Shown here piece after piece: positions 1-14,601 of a DNA stretch of 64,000 nt. The position numbers and the translations under genes were made by a program. Position 1 is the stretch's first letter; the number at the start of each line of letters is the position of its first letter. Source of the stretch: Utricularia gibba (Eukaryota > Plantae > Magnoliophyta). Under the pieces are notes generated by a model. The model searched no databases. It was not told the DNA's origin and was given only the letters and a program-made list of their open reading frames with translations. The DNA lies in NCBI GenBank assembly GCA_002189035.1, contig CM007991.1, positions 1,240,001-1,304,000 of the forward strand. The letters run 5' to 3'.

Positions 1-313
1 AAATCCGTTGCCTGATATGCCTAACTTCCTATCCATTCATGAATCTCTTGTTCGTATCGTATATTATATATAAAAAATTTTAGGATTTAATAGTGTTTCT
101 TTAAGCCCTGGAATTCACTACAGAGTTATAGGTGAAGGGAGAACGGTAAAAATGGTTTCTTTTTGTGTTGGGGTTTATGCAATTGCCGGTGGGTTTTGAG
201 CGTTTTATTGTGATCCTTTCTGGGTTTTCTTTAAGTTGATTTTTTTCTTCACACTTTTATGTTCCTGTCATCCATTGTCTTGTTTTGTAGTGGTGTTTCT
301 GTTACTGATTTTG

Positions 314-3300
314 ATGACGAATCGTGGTCAGAAAAGAGTTGTTGAGGCTGTGGAGAAATCGCCACGGGGTAAACGTCGGCGCACCTTTCTTTCTGAATCT
401 CGTCTCAGTTCTTCAAACTCATCGAATCAAACGCTGATGAGTTCTTCGCTTGAAACCCATGAGGGATCATCGAATGTTTCGACGTCAACTCAATCAAGGG
501 TGGTGGAGAAAGCGATGGCGAAGAAAACATGTTTGAGGAATTGATGTCAAGTTTAGAAGAGGAGGAAGATGAATCAAAGCAAATTGCGCTGCTCACCACG
601 CTCTGTGAAACATTGCCGTTTTGTGATATCACTAGTCTATCGGGCACGTTCGTAGACTCCCTTTGTCCGGTACTTGTGTCACTGGTTGGGCATGAGGGCA
701 ATGCTAATATAATACTCATGGCAATTAGAGCTATAACGTATTTGTGCGACATCGATCCGGTATGTGCATGCTTTCTCGTGCAACATGATGCAATTCCTGC
801 CCTCTGTAAAAAACTAGTCAATATTGAGTACATGGATGTGGCAGAGCAGGTATGTTTCCTGAACTTTTTCTGTGGATAATGGTTTTCTGATGCTGTCTGA
901 AGCACTCAATCTGTTTCATTTGCAGTGTTTGCTAGCATTAGAGAAAATATCGAGTGAAGAGCCTGTTCATTGTTTGCAATCTGATGTGATAATGGCTGTT
1001 TTAAATCATTTCGATTTCTTCCCGGCCAGCAAAAAGGTACTTTTATGCTGCTCCTTATCAAGCAAGTGTGTTTTCACTTTTACTTTGTGGTTTATGTCAT
1101 ATAGCCGAGTCTGTTCATTTACATCATTGATTTCTCTTGTACTGCAGAGGGTTGGACTATCCATCATTGTCAATGTATGCAACAAACTGCCTTCTGAGTC
1201 TTCATCACATATCATAGGAGCTGTTCCAATTTTGTGTAATCTTCTTCAATATGAGGATGGACAGGTACAATACTGGAAAACAAATGAAGCAAACAAAATA
1301 GTGATCCAAATGTTTGTTGTATGCCCAGATTGACGGTCGCTCCACTGAATAAATGACTTCCATTTAAATAATTGCCTTCGATATCTTTGTGTACTGGAGA
1401 CATTTCTACTCACGCCCTCTCACTACCGTTATTGATGCCTGTGTATGTAGCTTATTGAAAGTGTGGTTACTTGCTTGACTAAAATGGTGAAGCGTGTTTG
1501 TTCTTCGGATATGTTGGATGAGATGTATAAACATGGGGTGGTCCAGAATGCAATACGTTTGATAGGGGGTTCTACCCAGACGATGGTTTCTCCAAAAACA
1601 TCCATAGTGAGCCATCGCTGCTATACCCATTTTTCCCTGCCTTACTTTTAGATTTACGTTACAGGTTAATTGAGCTATATATTTTTATGAACTGTTGGCA
1701 GGACTTGATTAGGCTACTCGCCAAGTTGGCTGCAGACTCTACCGCTGCTTTTAGGACACTTTTTCAGCTCAACATAACCGGTGCTGTTAAGCACGTGTTA
1801 TCTGCCCCTGACGCTTTCCAGGCAACACAATCTACAATGTCATCCGATGGAAAGAGTCTGGTAGGGGTTTATATAGTTCAAGGAAAGTTTACTGTACTTA
1901 GGAGGCCTATTTTGCACGCATTTATGTTTATGGGATTGTTGAGGTTTCTTCTGATTACTATTTTTTCAGATGCATGAAATTTTGAAATTTCTGGATGATG
2001 CGCTTCTTCCTGCAATCACTGGTAAACGACATGCTAAAGAGAAGCCAGATAAAGAAGTTTTCCTTGATGAAAACCCTGATATCATGAAGAGGCTTGGCTG
2101 TGATATATTTCCTGTGCTTATTCGGGTCAGCGTTTTGTATCTCAAGCTTCACTTCCTCCCTGTAACATTGGACCCCTGCCTATAACTGGTTGTCATCTTA
2201 CAACAGGAGGCGACTTCTGGTGTAAATATGCATATTTCCGCTGTTTGCTTGTCAATTATCAACAAATTGATTCATTTCAGCACATCTGATGTGGTTCAAA
2301 ATTTACTACAGAGTGTTGAGTTTCCCAGGTGAGTGGAGTTTTTCTGCCTCTCTGTTTTTTTTTTTTTTAACTTATAACCTGACTCATCTTATTGAATTAT
2401 CCTCCTTTTACCAGTTTTCTGGCTGGGATTTTTACAAAGAAGGATCATCAAGTGATTGTGTTTGGCCTTCATGTCGTCGAGTCTACTATGTACAAGCTTC
2501 CTCATATTTATCGGGGACCCTTCATCAAATCGGGCGTTGTCTTTGCGATTCATGCATTGCTTTGTACAAATGCAGATCATACACGTTCTCCACTTTTCTA
2601 TTGCATTAAAATGGAAACTGGTTCAACAACTCAGGGAGAAAGAATTCGATGTCTTGCAAGGCATGCATTGAATAGATACTTTGGACCCAAATCTTTGAGT
2701 CCTAAGGCAGGAGTGACAGATGCCCTTCAGAAACTCCGGTCTTTATCTGATTCACTTATAGCTCAGGTGAGTAAATCTGTTGAAGCTGGGATATTGATTG
2801 ATCAGGAAGAGGCATATGCCTTGTTACACCAAATCATATCCGAGTTGAGCAAAAAGAACTCAGTGTCCACTTTTGAGTTTGTGGAAAGTGGAATTATGAA
2901 GGCATTAGTATGTTACCTATCAAACGGCAAGTGCCTTTCTGGACTAAAAGATGTTGATGCTATGAACCTCGCTCAGATCATGGGAAACAAGTTAGAAATA
3001 TTTGGGAGACTTCTATTTTCATTTTACGAAAACCCAGCTCAAGAAGAATCTCCACTTCTCACACTAGTACGCATACTGCAAAGTTCTTTGTCTTCCCTTG
3101 AAAGTTTTCTGGTCATCTCAAGCTGCATGGCTAGGAAAACTACATCTTATGCCGTCCTCCCTCACGGACGTGATACTTCATACCCGTCTCTTAAGGTTCA
3201 ATTTTTGAGAGATGAAGGACAAAAAGCATCCCTACATGATTATGGAAAAGCTATAGTGCGAGTTGATCCCTTTGTACCAGTGAATGAAATTGAAAGACAT

Positions 3301-6266
3301 TTGTGGGGTAAAGTGAGTAAGGATGAATCACATCGAGCACCAAAAAACGATAAAGATGCAACTCTTGCCAAAACAGTATGTTCTTTTCATGTTTTGCTCT
3401 GGTGTTGATGCTGTTTTACTATCCTTTTCAACTGTACTATCTATTTAAGTCGTTAATGATGTACCTGAAGTCTGGGAAACTAAATAGTGACTGTTTTTTC
3501 TATATGTGCAAGGATTCTCATGATCAAGAAGCAATTGCTGAAACAGATGGTGGTCTTGAAGTGAATTCTATTGTTTCTGGTGTTAAAAATACACCCAAAA
3601 AATTGCTTTTTTCTTTGGACGGGAAGCAGCTTTCTAATGATTTGACACTTTATCAGTCACTTATCCAAAAAAACACTGAGAATGGACATGACTGTGAGCA
3701 AACCTCAGATATCTGGAATCGTGTGTACAAAATAGTTTACCAAACAGGGGAGCTATCCCAGAAAAGGAATTTCAATCTTTGCTATAATGGATCCTTACCA
3801 TTTTCTTCTGCTAGAACATCCTCTTTTTTTCAGGATCCTGTGTTCTTCTCTGAAATGTTTCAGTCTGCCGTCAACTTCGAGAATTTGGGGCTAACTTGGG
3901 ACGCTTTATTTCTTCTGAAATCTTTGGAAGCAATAAACAAGTGTGGGTTGCATTTGATGTCATGTCATAGCGCACCCACATATGCAGTTGGAAGCATGTG
4001 TGAGTTGAATACTCAAGTGGCACAGAATAATCTAGTTCCCGCAAATGAGTTTGTCAACAAGAAATTAACACAAAAACTAGAGCAGTTATTAGGCGATCCT
4101 ATGGTTATCTCCACTGGGGCTGTGCCTACATGGTGCAACAATTTAATTGTTTGGTGTCCTTTCTTATTTGATTTTGAAGCAAGGTGCAAATATTTCCATC
4201 TTCCAAGTACGGGTAGTTCTTCTATTTCTGAGGGTACTATGCCTGTTAGGCATCCTGGAGATGGTAGGATTCCTAGAGGAAAGATTTTGGTTCGTCGCAA
4301 CAAAGTTCTTGAAGCAGCTTCAAGAATGATGAAATCATATGCCACTTATCACAGGGTTCTTCCTGAAGTGCAATTTTACAACGAGGTTGGCACTGGTATT
4401 GGTCCAAAATTAGAATTTTATACACTAATCTGCCAAGAGTTTCAAGATGCTGAGTTATGTATGTGGAGAGACGTTCAGTCTGCAACTGTTGGAGAAGGAT
4501 CGTCTTCTCCATATGGTCTCTTTCCTCGCCCTTGGTCATCCTCGCAGAGCAAATCAAGTAAGAAATCGTTTGCGGGAGTTGTTAAAAATTTCACTCTACT
4601 GGGACAGATAGTAGCTAAAGCCCTTGAAGATAGGCAAATATTGCATCTTCCATTCTCGAAAGCTTTCTATAAACTTATTCTCGGAAAGGTTTGTTATCTT
4701 GCTTTGTTTCCATACATTTGCATGTAGATGATTCTTCATCATGCTTCAATATACTGATCATCTTTCATGCAGGAACTTAACATGTACGACATCTTTTCAT
4801 TTGATCCTACGTTGGGAAAGGGTCTTTTATTTCTCCTAGATATTGTTAGAATGAAGAATGATTCCAAGTCTTCCCATGATGAAAAAACGGAATGTGTAGA
4901 TGTGAATTTTCTATCCAAGACAGTCGAGGAACTTTACCTTGATTTCAGTCTTCCCGGTTATCCCAGTTATCATCTTGTCGATGATTCAGATTCAAGGATG
5001 GTCAGTTTCAACCTTTTTCCTGTTTTCTTACAGTTTACATTTCTACTCATTTGGTGTATCCACTCAATTGTATTTTATAGGTGAATCTTGATAATGTGGA
5101 GGAGTACGTCTCCCTGGTAGTCCAGGAAACAGTCAAATCCGGTATAGCTGAGCAAGTCGAAGCATTCAAGTCAGGTTTCAATCAGGTTATTCAACTTCCT
5201 CCTCCATGGAGCCATTCATCTAGGCTCGTGTTTCCCAGCTATTGCTGTTTCCTGTCCTCCTGAGTAAGCTTACAATAAAAGCATGCTTTATATTTTCTGA
5301 TGCTTTTCAGGTCTTCCATGTCGGACACCTCAAGGTTTTCAGTGAAGAAGAATTGGAGAGTTTGCTATGTGGAGAAGATGTGGCGTGGAACGTATGTATA
5401 TCACACCGACCTCCATTTTTTTTTTTTTTTGATCGGTTATCTTATTACTAGAAATCATACATCACATTACACTATTGCATAGAGTAGTCTCTATTATTTG
5501 CTATACACCAGGGCTCTAAAGCCCCTGTATCTACGGTCCCAGGCGGTGCGAACTGATTGTGGAGTTGCATATTGCACCCACAGGACACGTAATCCACTCT
5601 TGCCATATCAGTCTAGTGGATTAACTCCATTGATTAACTCCATCCTCTGAAATGCCTCTCCCTCACCCTTCTTATGATTCAACTTACTGCAGTCAGACAA
5701 TCTCTTGGATCACACCAAATTTGATCATGGATACACTGCCAGCAGCCCTCCAGTTCTAAAGGTTTGTTCTGCTGGTCTTCTTCCTTCCCCACCATGCCAT
5801 TCTACATCTCCTCTAACTGCCCTCTTCTCCTAATCAGTTGCTGGAGATTTTGAGTGAGTTCGACCAACCAGCACAAACCGCATTCCTCCGGTTTGTCACC
5901 GGCGCACCCCGGCTTCCAACCGGAGGACTTGCTTCCCTCAACCCTAAGCTGACCATTGTCCGGAAGGTCTGCCCATCATCTTCATCTTCTTGCTTCTTTT
6001 ACTCTGAATTTAATCAGCTTCTGGTTCCACATACATACAGCACTGTAGCGCTGGAATAGACGACGAGCTTCCCAGTGTGATGACCTGTGCAAACTACCTG
6101 AAGCTGCCGCCGTACTCTTCCAAGGTCACCCTTCGTCTGCTGCTTGTCACCACCATTCCCTTGTAGGACATGAATGAAAAGCTCTCTCTCTGTGTTGCAG
6201 GAAGTGATGAAGAAGAAGCTCTTGTACGCCATCACAGAGGGGCAGGGCGCATTCCACTTATCGTAG
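314..6266 (+). CDS. UPL4: HECT E3 ubiquitin ligase, UPL4-like (about 16 exons; apparent 1-nt frameshift near 498-500)
   Basis: Starts [11 protein letters not shown], like the UPL4 MENRGQKR start. ARM region ([17 protein letters not shown]|CL). HECT domain with [25 protein letters not shown] and catalytic [19 protein letters not shown] (6067-6123). Ends GQGAFHLS* at 6266. GT-AG exon joins traced by hand. Confidence 0.9.
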
Positions 6267-7081
6267 CTCTTGCACCAGATCCCGGTGCTGAATTGAAGAC
6301 ATAAAACATGTGATGATGAATATGGGACAGAAGACGAGGAGGCAGAGGCCGTTCCAAATTTTGCCTTGAAAAAACTTTTTTTTATTAATTTGATATTATT
6401 CAATAATTATTGTCATTTGCAAAAGTTGTCATTCATACACTTTTTTACACATACTAAATTAAAAATTTTACATTAGAAATAGTCAATTTTCTTTCACACT
6501 TTTTGACATGATTAAATTTCTAATTGATTCAATTCTTATTATGTGTACTATTAATATTGTATTTAATTTGTGATTAAATTGGAACTTGCGTAATTTATTG
6601 GGAAATTAATTTTTTGATTTACGTGATACGGAATGTTATTGCTGCTCTTTATTTGTATGGTTTTAGCCGTTAATTTAACATTAGTAATTTGTTAATCAGA
6701 TTTTCTTGAATTTTTTAAGTTGACAAAATTACGCTTTGTTTTGTTAATGTAATAAGAAAATCTACCTTTTAAATAAAAATATTTTTCTTTTTCTTTTTTT
6801 GAAATAATAAAATTACTTTTCAAGAAAGCTACTTTTTTGTACGACTATATTGGAATTTGTATGAATCACGGTTGGAAGGCGGTCATGTAGTGCGCTTGGG
6901 CGGCAAGAAAGGAAAATGGGTGCGGGGAATCTACTGGAACATGTTTGTCCAAGAGTCGAGCATTTCTTTTAAGTTGGAGTTTTAGTGGGTTTTTGTGGTA
7001 TAGTTTTCATACTTCATCAACTTTTTCCCCTGTTAGCGCTGATTGCTCTTTCGTGGGAATAATATCCGCCGCGGTTACTTA

Positions 7082-10000
7082 ATGGCAAGTTTTCATATGG
7101 CGGAAGGCATCGGAGGTGCGTGTGTGGTATTTTTGTTCTTTTTTCATTTGTTTTATGCGTAACGCGTACACTATTGAGAGTTGCTCTGTTTTAGATGAAC
7201 CAGAGAGAGTGATGTGGGAGAGTGATATCGCAATAGAAGGATATCAGAAAACTGAAGGTGATGTTTTACCCCTGCCGAGAAGGTATGTGGCATATGATAA
7301 TGATGCAATGATGGAATTACCATAATTTTTGGATGCTCTGAAACGAGTGTTAAACTTGGCACTACGTATTGTAGTTGAGACATGGTGTTTTCATTTTGGA
7401 TGCAGCTATCAGCTAGAAGCACTCGAGAGAGCACTGGAGAGGAACACGATTGTCTTTCTGGAAACAGGGGCTGGAAAGACTTTAATCGCTGTAATGCTTT
7501 TTCGTAGTTACGCTTCCTTTCTCAGGAAGCCATCTCCGTATATTGCTGTTTTCCTGGTCCCCACCGTTGTCTTGGTCATCCAGGTATCTGTATTTCTTAC
7601 ATCAATCACTGGTATCACCATTGAAGTGTCTTCTTCGTTTTTTGACTTAATATCTCACTGACCGCCGCGTGGCGATCCCAGCAAAGTAAAGTTGTTCAAA
7701 CCTTTACTGACTTGAAAGTTGGAAAATATCATGGAGATATGGGAGTTGACTTCTGGGATTCTGAGACATGGAAGAATGAGATAGCAACACACGAGGTTCC
7801 ACTACTTATTGGGTTTTCATGGTTTTTAAAACATATGCTGAAGAAGGAATGTCCGGAACAGGCTTTCTGAATAACCATTCATAGCATACTCTTTATGTTA
7901 TCCAGGTTCTTGTAATGACTCCTCAAATCTTGTTGAATGCATTGAGGCATAGCTTCTTGAGCATTAACCAGATAAAGGTCCTAGCAATGGACGAATGCCA
8001 TCACGCAATAGGAAAACATCCATATGCTCTCATTATGACGGTATGTTGTCAATCATTCATAAAGATAGGTTCACATTCACATTATATAACCATTTTCTGT
8101 GAGAATTGTTGATTGAGGCATGAGTTCGCATATTATAAAACAATTGCATCTGTTCATCTTGTTGTCCTCTTGGATGTGTAATCTTCGCAGACTACTATGA
8201 ATGCTGCACTACCATGCAGGAATTCTATCATAAAAAACATGAGGATGACTCCATGGAGCGTCCTCGAATATTTGGAATGACTGCCTCCCCTATAAAAGCT
8301 AAAGGTTTATACAGTTTAACCTTTGAAGCCCATCCCTGTCCTTTTTTTTTTCGTGGGTCTTGATTTGCATGATGCTACACAGCTTCTAGAGAAATACATT
8401 ACTCAATGAAGATTAGACAACTTGAAAATCTTCTGAATTCAAAGGTATTTTGGATGAGTTAAACACTAATCATGATACTAGAGCATTCTAAGGCTTCTTC
8501 CCAAAGGTGCCATGATATTCATTTTTCTATGGGAATATCTTTCTTGCATGGCATGAATTGCATCTGCATTATTTTTGAAAGGTCCTTCTACTTGTGTTCT
8601 TCTGAAAATTCCCATTGATTCACTTCGAAATATCTTATTGGACCAATTCTCTTATATAGACACTATCTGGTTGCACTTTTTTTTTTTTTTTTTGCAGATA
8701 TTTACTCGTGAGACAACTCAATGTGCTCCATGGAAAGAACCAAAAGTGAAGTTTTACGATCACATGGGCATTCCACAACCGAAGTTTCAATACCTCATGA
8801 GCGAGTTGACTAGCTTGGCGCAGAAGGTAATGCCAAGTGCACTTACCTCTTCTAGCCACGAAAGCCAAATTTTCTCTCTTGCTTTAGTTTGCATTAATTG
8901 CCTTAGGGGTCTGACTCTACAATTTTCCTTTTGTCAGCATGAGATGTCTATTAGCGTTAGTGGTACTTCAGAATCAAGAAAAGAATCTGCAAGAAATAAA
9001 CTAAAAAGTCTTCAAAATACATTTGAGTATTGCCTGTCTGAGCTGGGGATTTGGTTGGCCTTGAAGGTATGCCTTTGAAATCAAAAAATTCCTAAATATA
9101 ATTTGTATGAATGTTTTAAAATGCCATTATTTCCTTTTGAAAGATAGATGCCCGTTTTTTCTTGGCCTTATTGTGCTAATAGAGAACTCATATAGCATGT
9201 TACTACCAACATATTTGTGATAGGATATTTCATTTCTCGGTTCCTATCTCTGTTTATGTGTTCTGCATAGGCAGCAGAAATCTACCACTATGGAAAGGAA
9301 TTTTCCCAATTGCATGGGAATGATGTAACTGATGGGAAAGTTGTAAGTTCTTACTCCTTAGATGTAACCAAGATCTTCTCAAAATACGTTCCACCTGGTA
9401 CTTTTCTCATTAGAATTTCTGTTCATTATTGATATTCCCTTGTGTAATGGTCTTTGTACTTTTGATGCATGGCTAGATTTCAGTTGGTCAACTGCTGATG
9501 ACTTAACGTCTAGCTTGGAAGCTGGGTATATTACATCGAGTGTCTATTGCCTTGTTGAGACTCTTCTTGAGTACAGGTGTGCTAATTGCTAACATGGATA
9601 TCATCTGGAAGATAGACTATTGCTTTTGTCTTTTGTAAATTTGAAATGGAATTGAATATTCCTAAGAGATAATGAGAAACGATTCATTCTTGCATGTCTC
9701 CAGATAAGGTCAGAAATGGCCTTCTCAAGGAGTAAACCACTTTTTCGTTAATTGATTAGGTTTATGAGAGCTTTAAAGTATTACAAATGGTAGCCTTATT
9801 GTGATCTTGATCTTCAATTTTTCCTTTTATTATGCATATTGAAGAAGCATCCTACAGCTTCTTTTTTCTTAATTGTCTCAATGCAGAGATATCAAGGATT
9901 TGAGGTGCATAGTTTTTGTTGAGAGGATTGTCTCTGCTATATCCATTAGCACTTTTCTGAATGAAATTCTACGAGTTCTCTGTGGTTGGAGATCTGAATA

Positions 10001-13000
10001 CACTGCTGGGAATGCCTATAAGTTGAAATCACAAACCCGGATTGAACAGAACACAATTTTGGATAAGTTCAGAGATGGAATGGTGCAGTTCTTGCAGCCA
10101 TTTACTGCTTAGTAATTTTTTATTTGATTTATTTGTCCTGTGTGCTCTCCTGTATTCATCTGCTATCAGGATATAGCTATGCTGGGCACATGATTCCTAA
10201 GTTGGATGCACACTTTGTTTGATATTATTGAGTTTTAATATCTATGTTTTTTGTTGGTATTATCTCGGTATTTGGCAACATACTGGTAATGGTACTCATG
10301 CATTTCTCATTGGCAAAATGCATGGCGCTGGAAATGTGCTCCTTTTCAGCCTATTAACAGTTTTGAATGTCCTCCAGGTTAATATCATTGTCGCAACTTC
10401 TGTGCTTGAAGAAGGATTGGATGTTCAAAGCTGCAACCTGGTGATCAGGTTTGATCTAACAGCCACTATATGTAGCTTTATTCAGTCAAGGGGCCGTGCT
10501 CGCATGGAGAGCTCAGATTTTGTAATAATGTTGAAAAGGTGAGCTGGCTTTGCAACTGCTAAAGAATAGAAAGAATGGCCGGTTTCCATATGCTTTTTGG
10601 TTACTAAAGGCTCTAAAATGAAAAATTTTCATTTAAAATGCTTTTGCTGCTATATTCTCTAGGGGTGATTCCCGTGCACTTTCTTCTTTGGAAAACTGCG
10701 TCAATGGTGAGGGTGCAATGAAGAGAGCGTGCTTGAACGAAGTTGACGCGCCGTGTGAGGAAGCTGATGAAGAAATGCTTGCAGATGACTCATACAGAGT
10801 CGAACGCACTGGAGCTGTTGTGACTTTGAATTCTAGCGTTTCTTTAATTCACTTCTACTGTTCAAGGCTGTCGTCTGATGGGTAATCTTTTGGTTCACTT
10901 GAATCTTCTTTGACACAACATTTCTCTTTTTCAGTTTAGGGAGTTGAACTTTATTTTCAAATGAGAGTGACTGTTTTTTAAGCTGTTTTTTTTAGGTACT
11001 TCAAACCTTTCCCTCGCTTCAGTATTGATAAAGGAGGAAGTTGCACATTGTACCTTCCTAATAGCTGCCCAGTTCGAGCTGTTACTGTAGAATCTGTTCC
11101 TAAGCTAATGAAGCAACGTGCATGCTTGGAAGCTTGCAAGCAACTTCATAAAGTTGGTGCACTCACACACAATCTTATCCCCGATATTGTCGAGGAAGAA
11201 GCTGATGTTCAAGAATCAGGTACTCGTTCTGCTGCATGCTTTAGCGATTATTTGTGCAAGATGTTTTCCGTTTCGTTAGTAATATGAAGAAATTTAACAG
11301 GAGTTGAAAATGCTACCGTCAAATGTGATAAATATGCTCCAAAACAGTTGGTGGGCAGTTCTGGAGGTGGGGATGGAGTATATGAATGCTATTCAATTGA
11401 GCTGCAACCTGATTTCCATTATGATGTCAACTTTCAACACATTATGCTTGTTGTTCACGCAAAGCTTGATAGTATTGAAGATATGAACACCAAGTTAGAT
11501 ACGAACAAGGGAAAACTAGCTGTTTGCATAAGATATATTGGAGGAATTGAGTTGAGCCATCAGCAGGTATCTTTGTGTTTGGTCATGTTGCAGTTTTGCA
11601 ACTGCAGATGTCATTCTCGTAACTTTGAATAATGGATTTCCTGTACCTCAAATACTGGTGGTTTTTGTCATTCACAGGTGACTCTGTGTCAGAAATTTCA
11701 ACTAACTCTTTTCAGAGTGCTACTTGATCACAGCTTAAATAAGCTTCGAGAAGAGCTCAATCAATGTTCAAAAGGGCAGGATTCTATGTTGTTCAATTAT
11801 CTTCTTCTCCCTTCTGCTGGTTCTCATTCAAATATATCGGTTGACTGGAAATGTGTTTCCTCCTGCCTTAATCTGGAATGTGTCTCCTCGGCTCAGTGCA
11901 ACAGCTGTTCTTCACAAAAAAGCCATGAAAATTATGTCCATACCAGGGATGGAGTAGTTCGTCGATGCCTGCTAGAGAATTCTTTGGTATGCACACCGCA
12001 TAATGGCCATTTGTATTGCGTGATTGGCAGTTTGGAAGGATATGATGCCTCTACATCTTTTGAGCTTCGGGATGGAGGATCAGTTACATACCAAGAATAT
12101 TATAAAAAGAAGTAAGTGCTTGCACTCCAACATCAGTTCATTTCTCACCATGGAGCTGATTTTGGAACTTTTGTTTCAGATTCGGCATCAAACTGCAATA
12201 TGATCAGGAAGCTTTTGTCAAAGCAAAGCGCATTTTTCCAGTGCAAAACATCCTTATGAAGTTGAGGAATTCAGGCTCAAAAGGTTCATCAGTATCCTTT
12301 TCTTTCAAAGTATGCGTACTTAAGTTTTCTCCTCTGTCTTGAGGTTGCTAATCACGACTGGTGCATTTCCTTTGTCTGCTTCGAAAATTTTATGGTGGTT
12401 TGACATACTTTTCTTGATTCCTGCAGAGAACAGTAACACAACATATGAACTGCCTCCCGAGCTTTGCAGAGTTGTCATGTCCCCTATATCAGTGTCAACG
12501 TTTTACACTTTCTCTTTTCTTCCATCAGTTATGCATTGGATTGAGTCATTTCTTCTAGCTTTTGACTTACGAAGTTTTCATGCCGATAATTCGGGGAAAG
12601 GCATTGCTGTTTCTTCTCGTCGGGTATGCTTTTATTTTCCTGCACACTCTCGTTCTCCTGCTTCTGGTTCTTGTTCTTGATAATCATCCCAAATGCTGGC
12701 ATACCATTGTGCTTTGAACCTGAAACTGGATTACGCACTTGCTCACTTTAATGGTAGGTATTAGAAGCAATAACAACAAACAATTGCCAAGAGAACTACC
12801 ATTTGGAATCTCTGGAGACACTTGGAGACTCCTTTCTGAAGTATGCTGCCAGTCAACAACTATTCTGCACGTATCAAAACCAACACGAGGGAACGTTAAG
12901 CGTGAAGAGGAAAAAGATCATTTGTAACGCGTCCCTCTGTAAGCTGGGTTGCACACGAGGAATCACGGTAAAAGGGAATTGTTGAAGCTTTTGCTCCTAT

Positions 13001-14273
13001 ACAGGATCCTTTTATTCATTATAGATGATCTGTGCAGGGTTATATCAGAAACGAGCCATTTGATCCCAAAAAATGGAATGTTCCCTGGAGTACCTGTAGT
13101 TCTCCCATTTTGCAGAAGGAATTGCCTCCTTCGAAAACTGTATACTGTAGGGGAAGCATAACTATGAAAAGCAAAACAGTTGCAGATGTAGTCGAGGCAC
13201 TGATTGGTGCATATCTGCATGAAGGGGGAGAGATGGCTGCTTTGTCCTTCATGTCATGGCTTGGCATCACCATCAACTTCGTTCATATACCATACACTAG
13301 GAACTTCGTAAGGAATCCTGAGTCTCATATCAATGTCAAACAGTTGGAGTTACTTCTGAACTATACATTCAAAGATGCTTCTCTCCTGGTTGAAGCACTA
13401 ACTCATGGTTCTTATATGCTTCCTGAAATTCCCAGATGCTATCAGGTATGCACCAATCTTTCTGGTTCTGAAACTTGATGAGGTTGAACAATGAAGTATA
13501 TGTTTGGATCTTATATGCATTGTGCTCCTCAATCTCATCTGGTGTTTTATCTGATCTCTTGTTCAGCGTCTGGAGTTCCTTGGGGATGCAGTTCTAGATT
13601 ATCTGATATCCATTCATCTGTATAAGCAATATCCAAACATGTCTCCTGGACTTCTAACTGAGCTCAGATCAGCATCAGTGAACAACGACTGTTATGCTCG
13701 ATCAGCAATGAAGATGCAGCTATACAAACATGTGCTTCACTGCTCATCGGAGCTTCAAGGTCATATGGATGCTTTAGCCGGAACTTTCGATGAACACTCT
13801 ACAGCAGCCACATTTGGATGGGAGTCAGAAACCACGTACCCAAAGGTAGGAGAAGTTGTACTTCAAAGCACTTCTTTTGTGGTCGAGCTAACTTCAATTT
13901 ACTGACACACCTGGTTCAGGTCCTAGGCGATGTGATAGAATCACTGGCTGGTGCAATACTTGTTGATTCCGGGTATGGCACGGCCGTCGTTTTCAGAATA
14001 ATGAGGCCTCTCCTTGAGCCTATTGTGACGCCAGAGACACTAACTCGCCACCCTGTTACGGAGCTGACAGAAATATGCCAAATGGAGGCTTACGAAATGA
14101 AGTTAGACTTCTCTTTCGAGAAGCTGAAGGTGAGTGCAACAGTGGAGGTTGATGCCTCTGGAGTATTGCATAAAGCAACATGCACCGGAGAAAATAAAAA
14201 GTCTGCGAAGCTATCAGCATCAAGAGCTGTATTAGAATCTCTTAGGGGATGCAACAAAAGACGCAAACTTTAG
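7082..14273 (+). CDS. DCL2: Dicer-like 2 endoribonuclease (multi-exon)
   Basis: DExD helicase (SYQLEALERA..NTIVFLETGAGKT, DECHHA, GMTASP), helicase-C (ATSVLEEGLDVQSCNLVIRFD), Dicer-dimer (SVSLIHFYCSRL), PAZ, RNase IIIa (LESLETLGDSFLKY), RNase IIIb (THGSYMLPEIPRCYQRLEFLGD, VLGDVIESLAGA) and a terminal dsRBD. RKPSPYIAVFL and EIPRCYQRLEF are DCL2-type motifs. The first two short exons (7082-7115, and 7195 to about 7282) are inferred. Confidence 0.92.
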
Positions 14274-14601
14274 AAGTTGCGATCACAATTGACCAAAAGA
14301 TAGATAAGTGAATGTGAAGCTACTAATCCCCGTTCAAAACATCTACAAGATACATTTATCAGAAGAATAGAGGGCAAAAGGGAATTTTTCCAGTTTCGTG
14401 AAAGCCAAAAAGATTCCATACAGATGCAACTACGCTCAAAACTACACCTGGCTTCATAGCAAGGGTGATCAAAAGACAAAAAGAAGCAGAAAGACGCAAA
14501 GCCACCTTCCCTTACCGGAGTATTCCTTCCAGATCCCTTGTAGGTTTTTGCATAAAAACATCTATGAATCAAGAAGTTCTCGTTTCCAGCTACTACGATA
14601 G

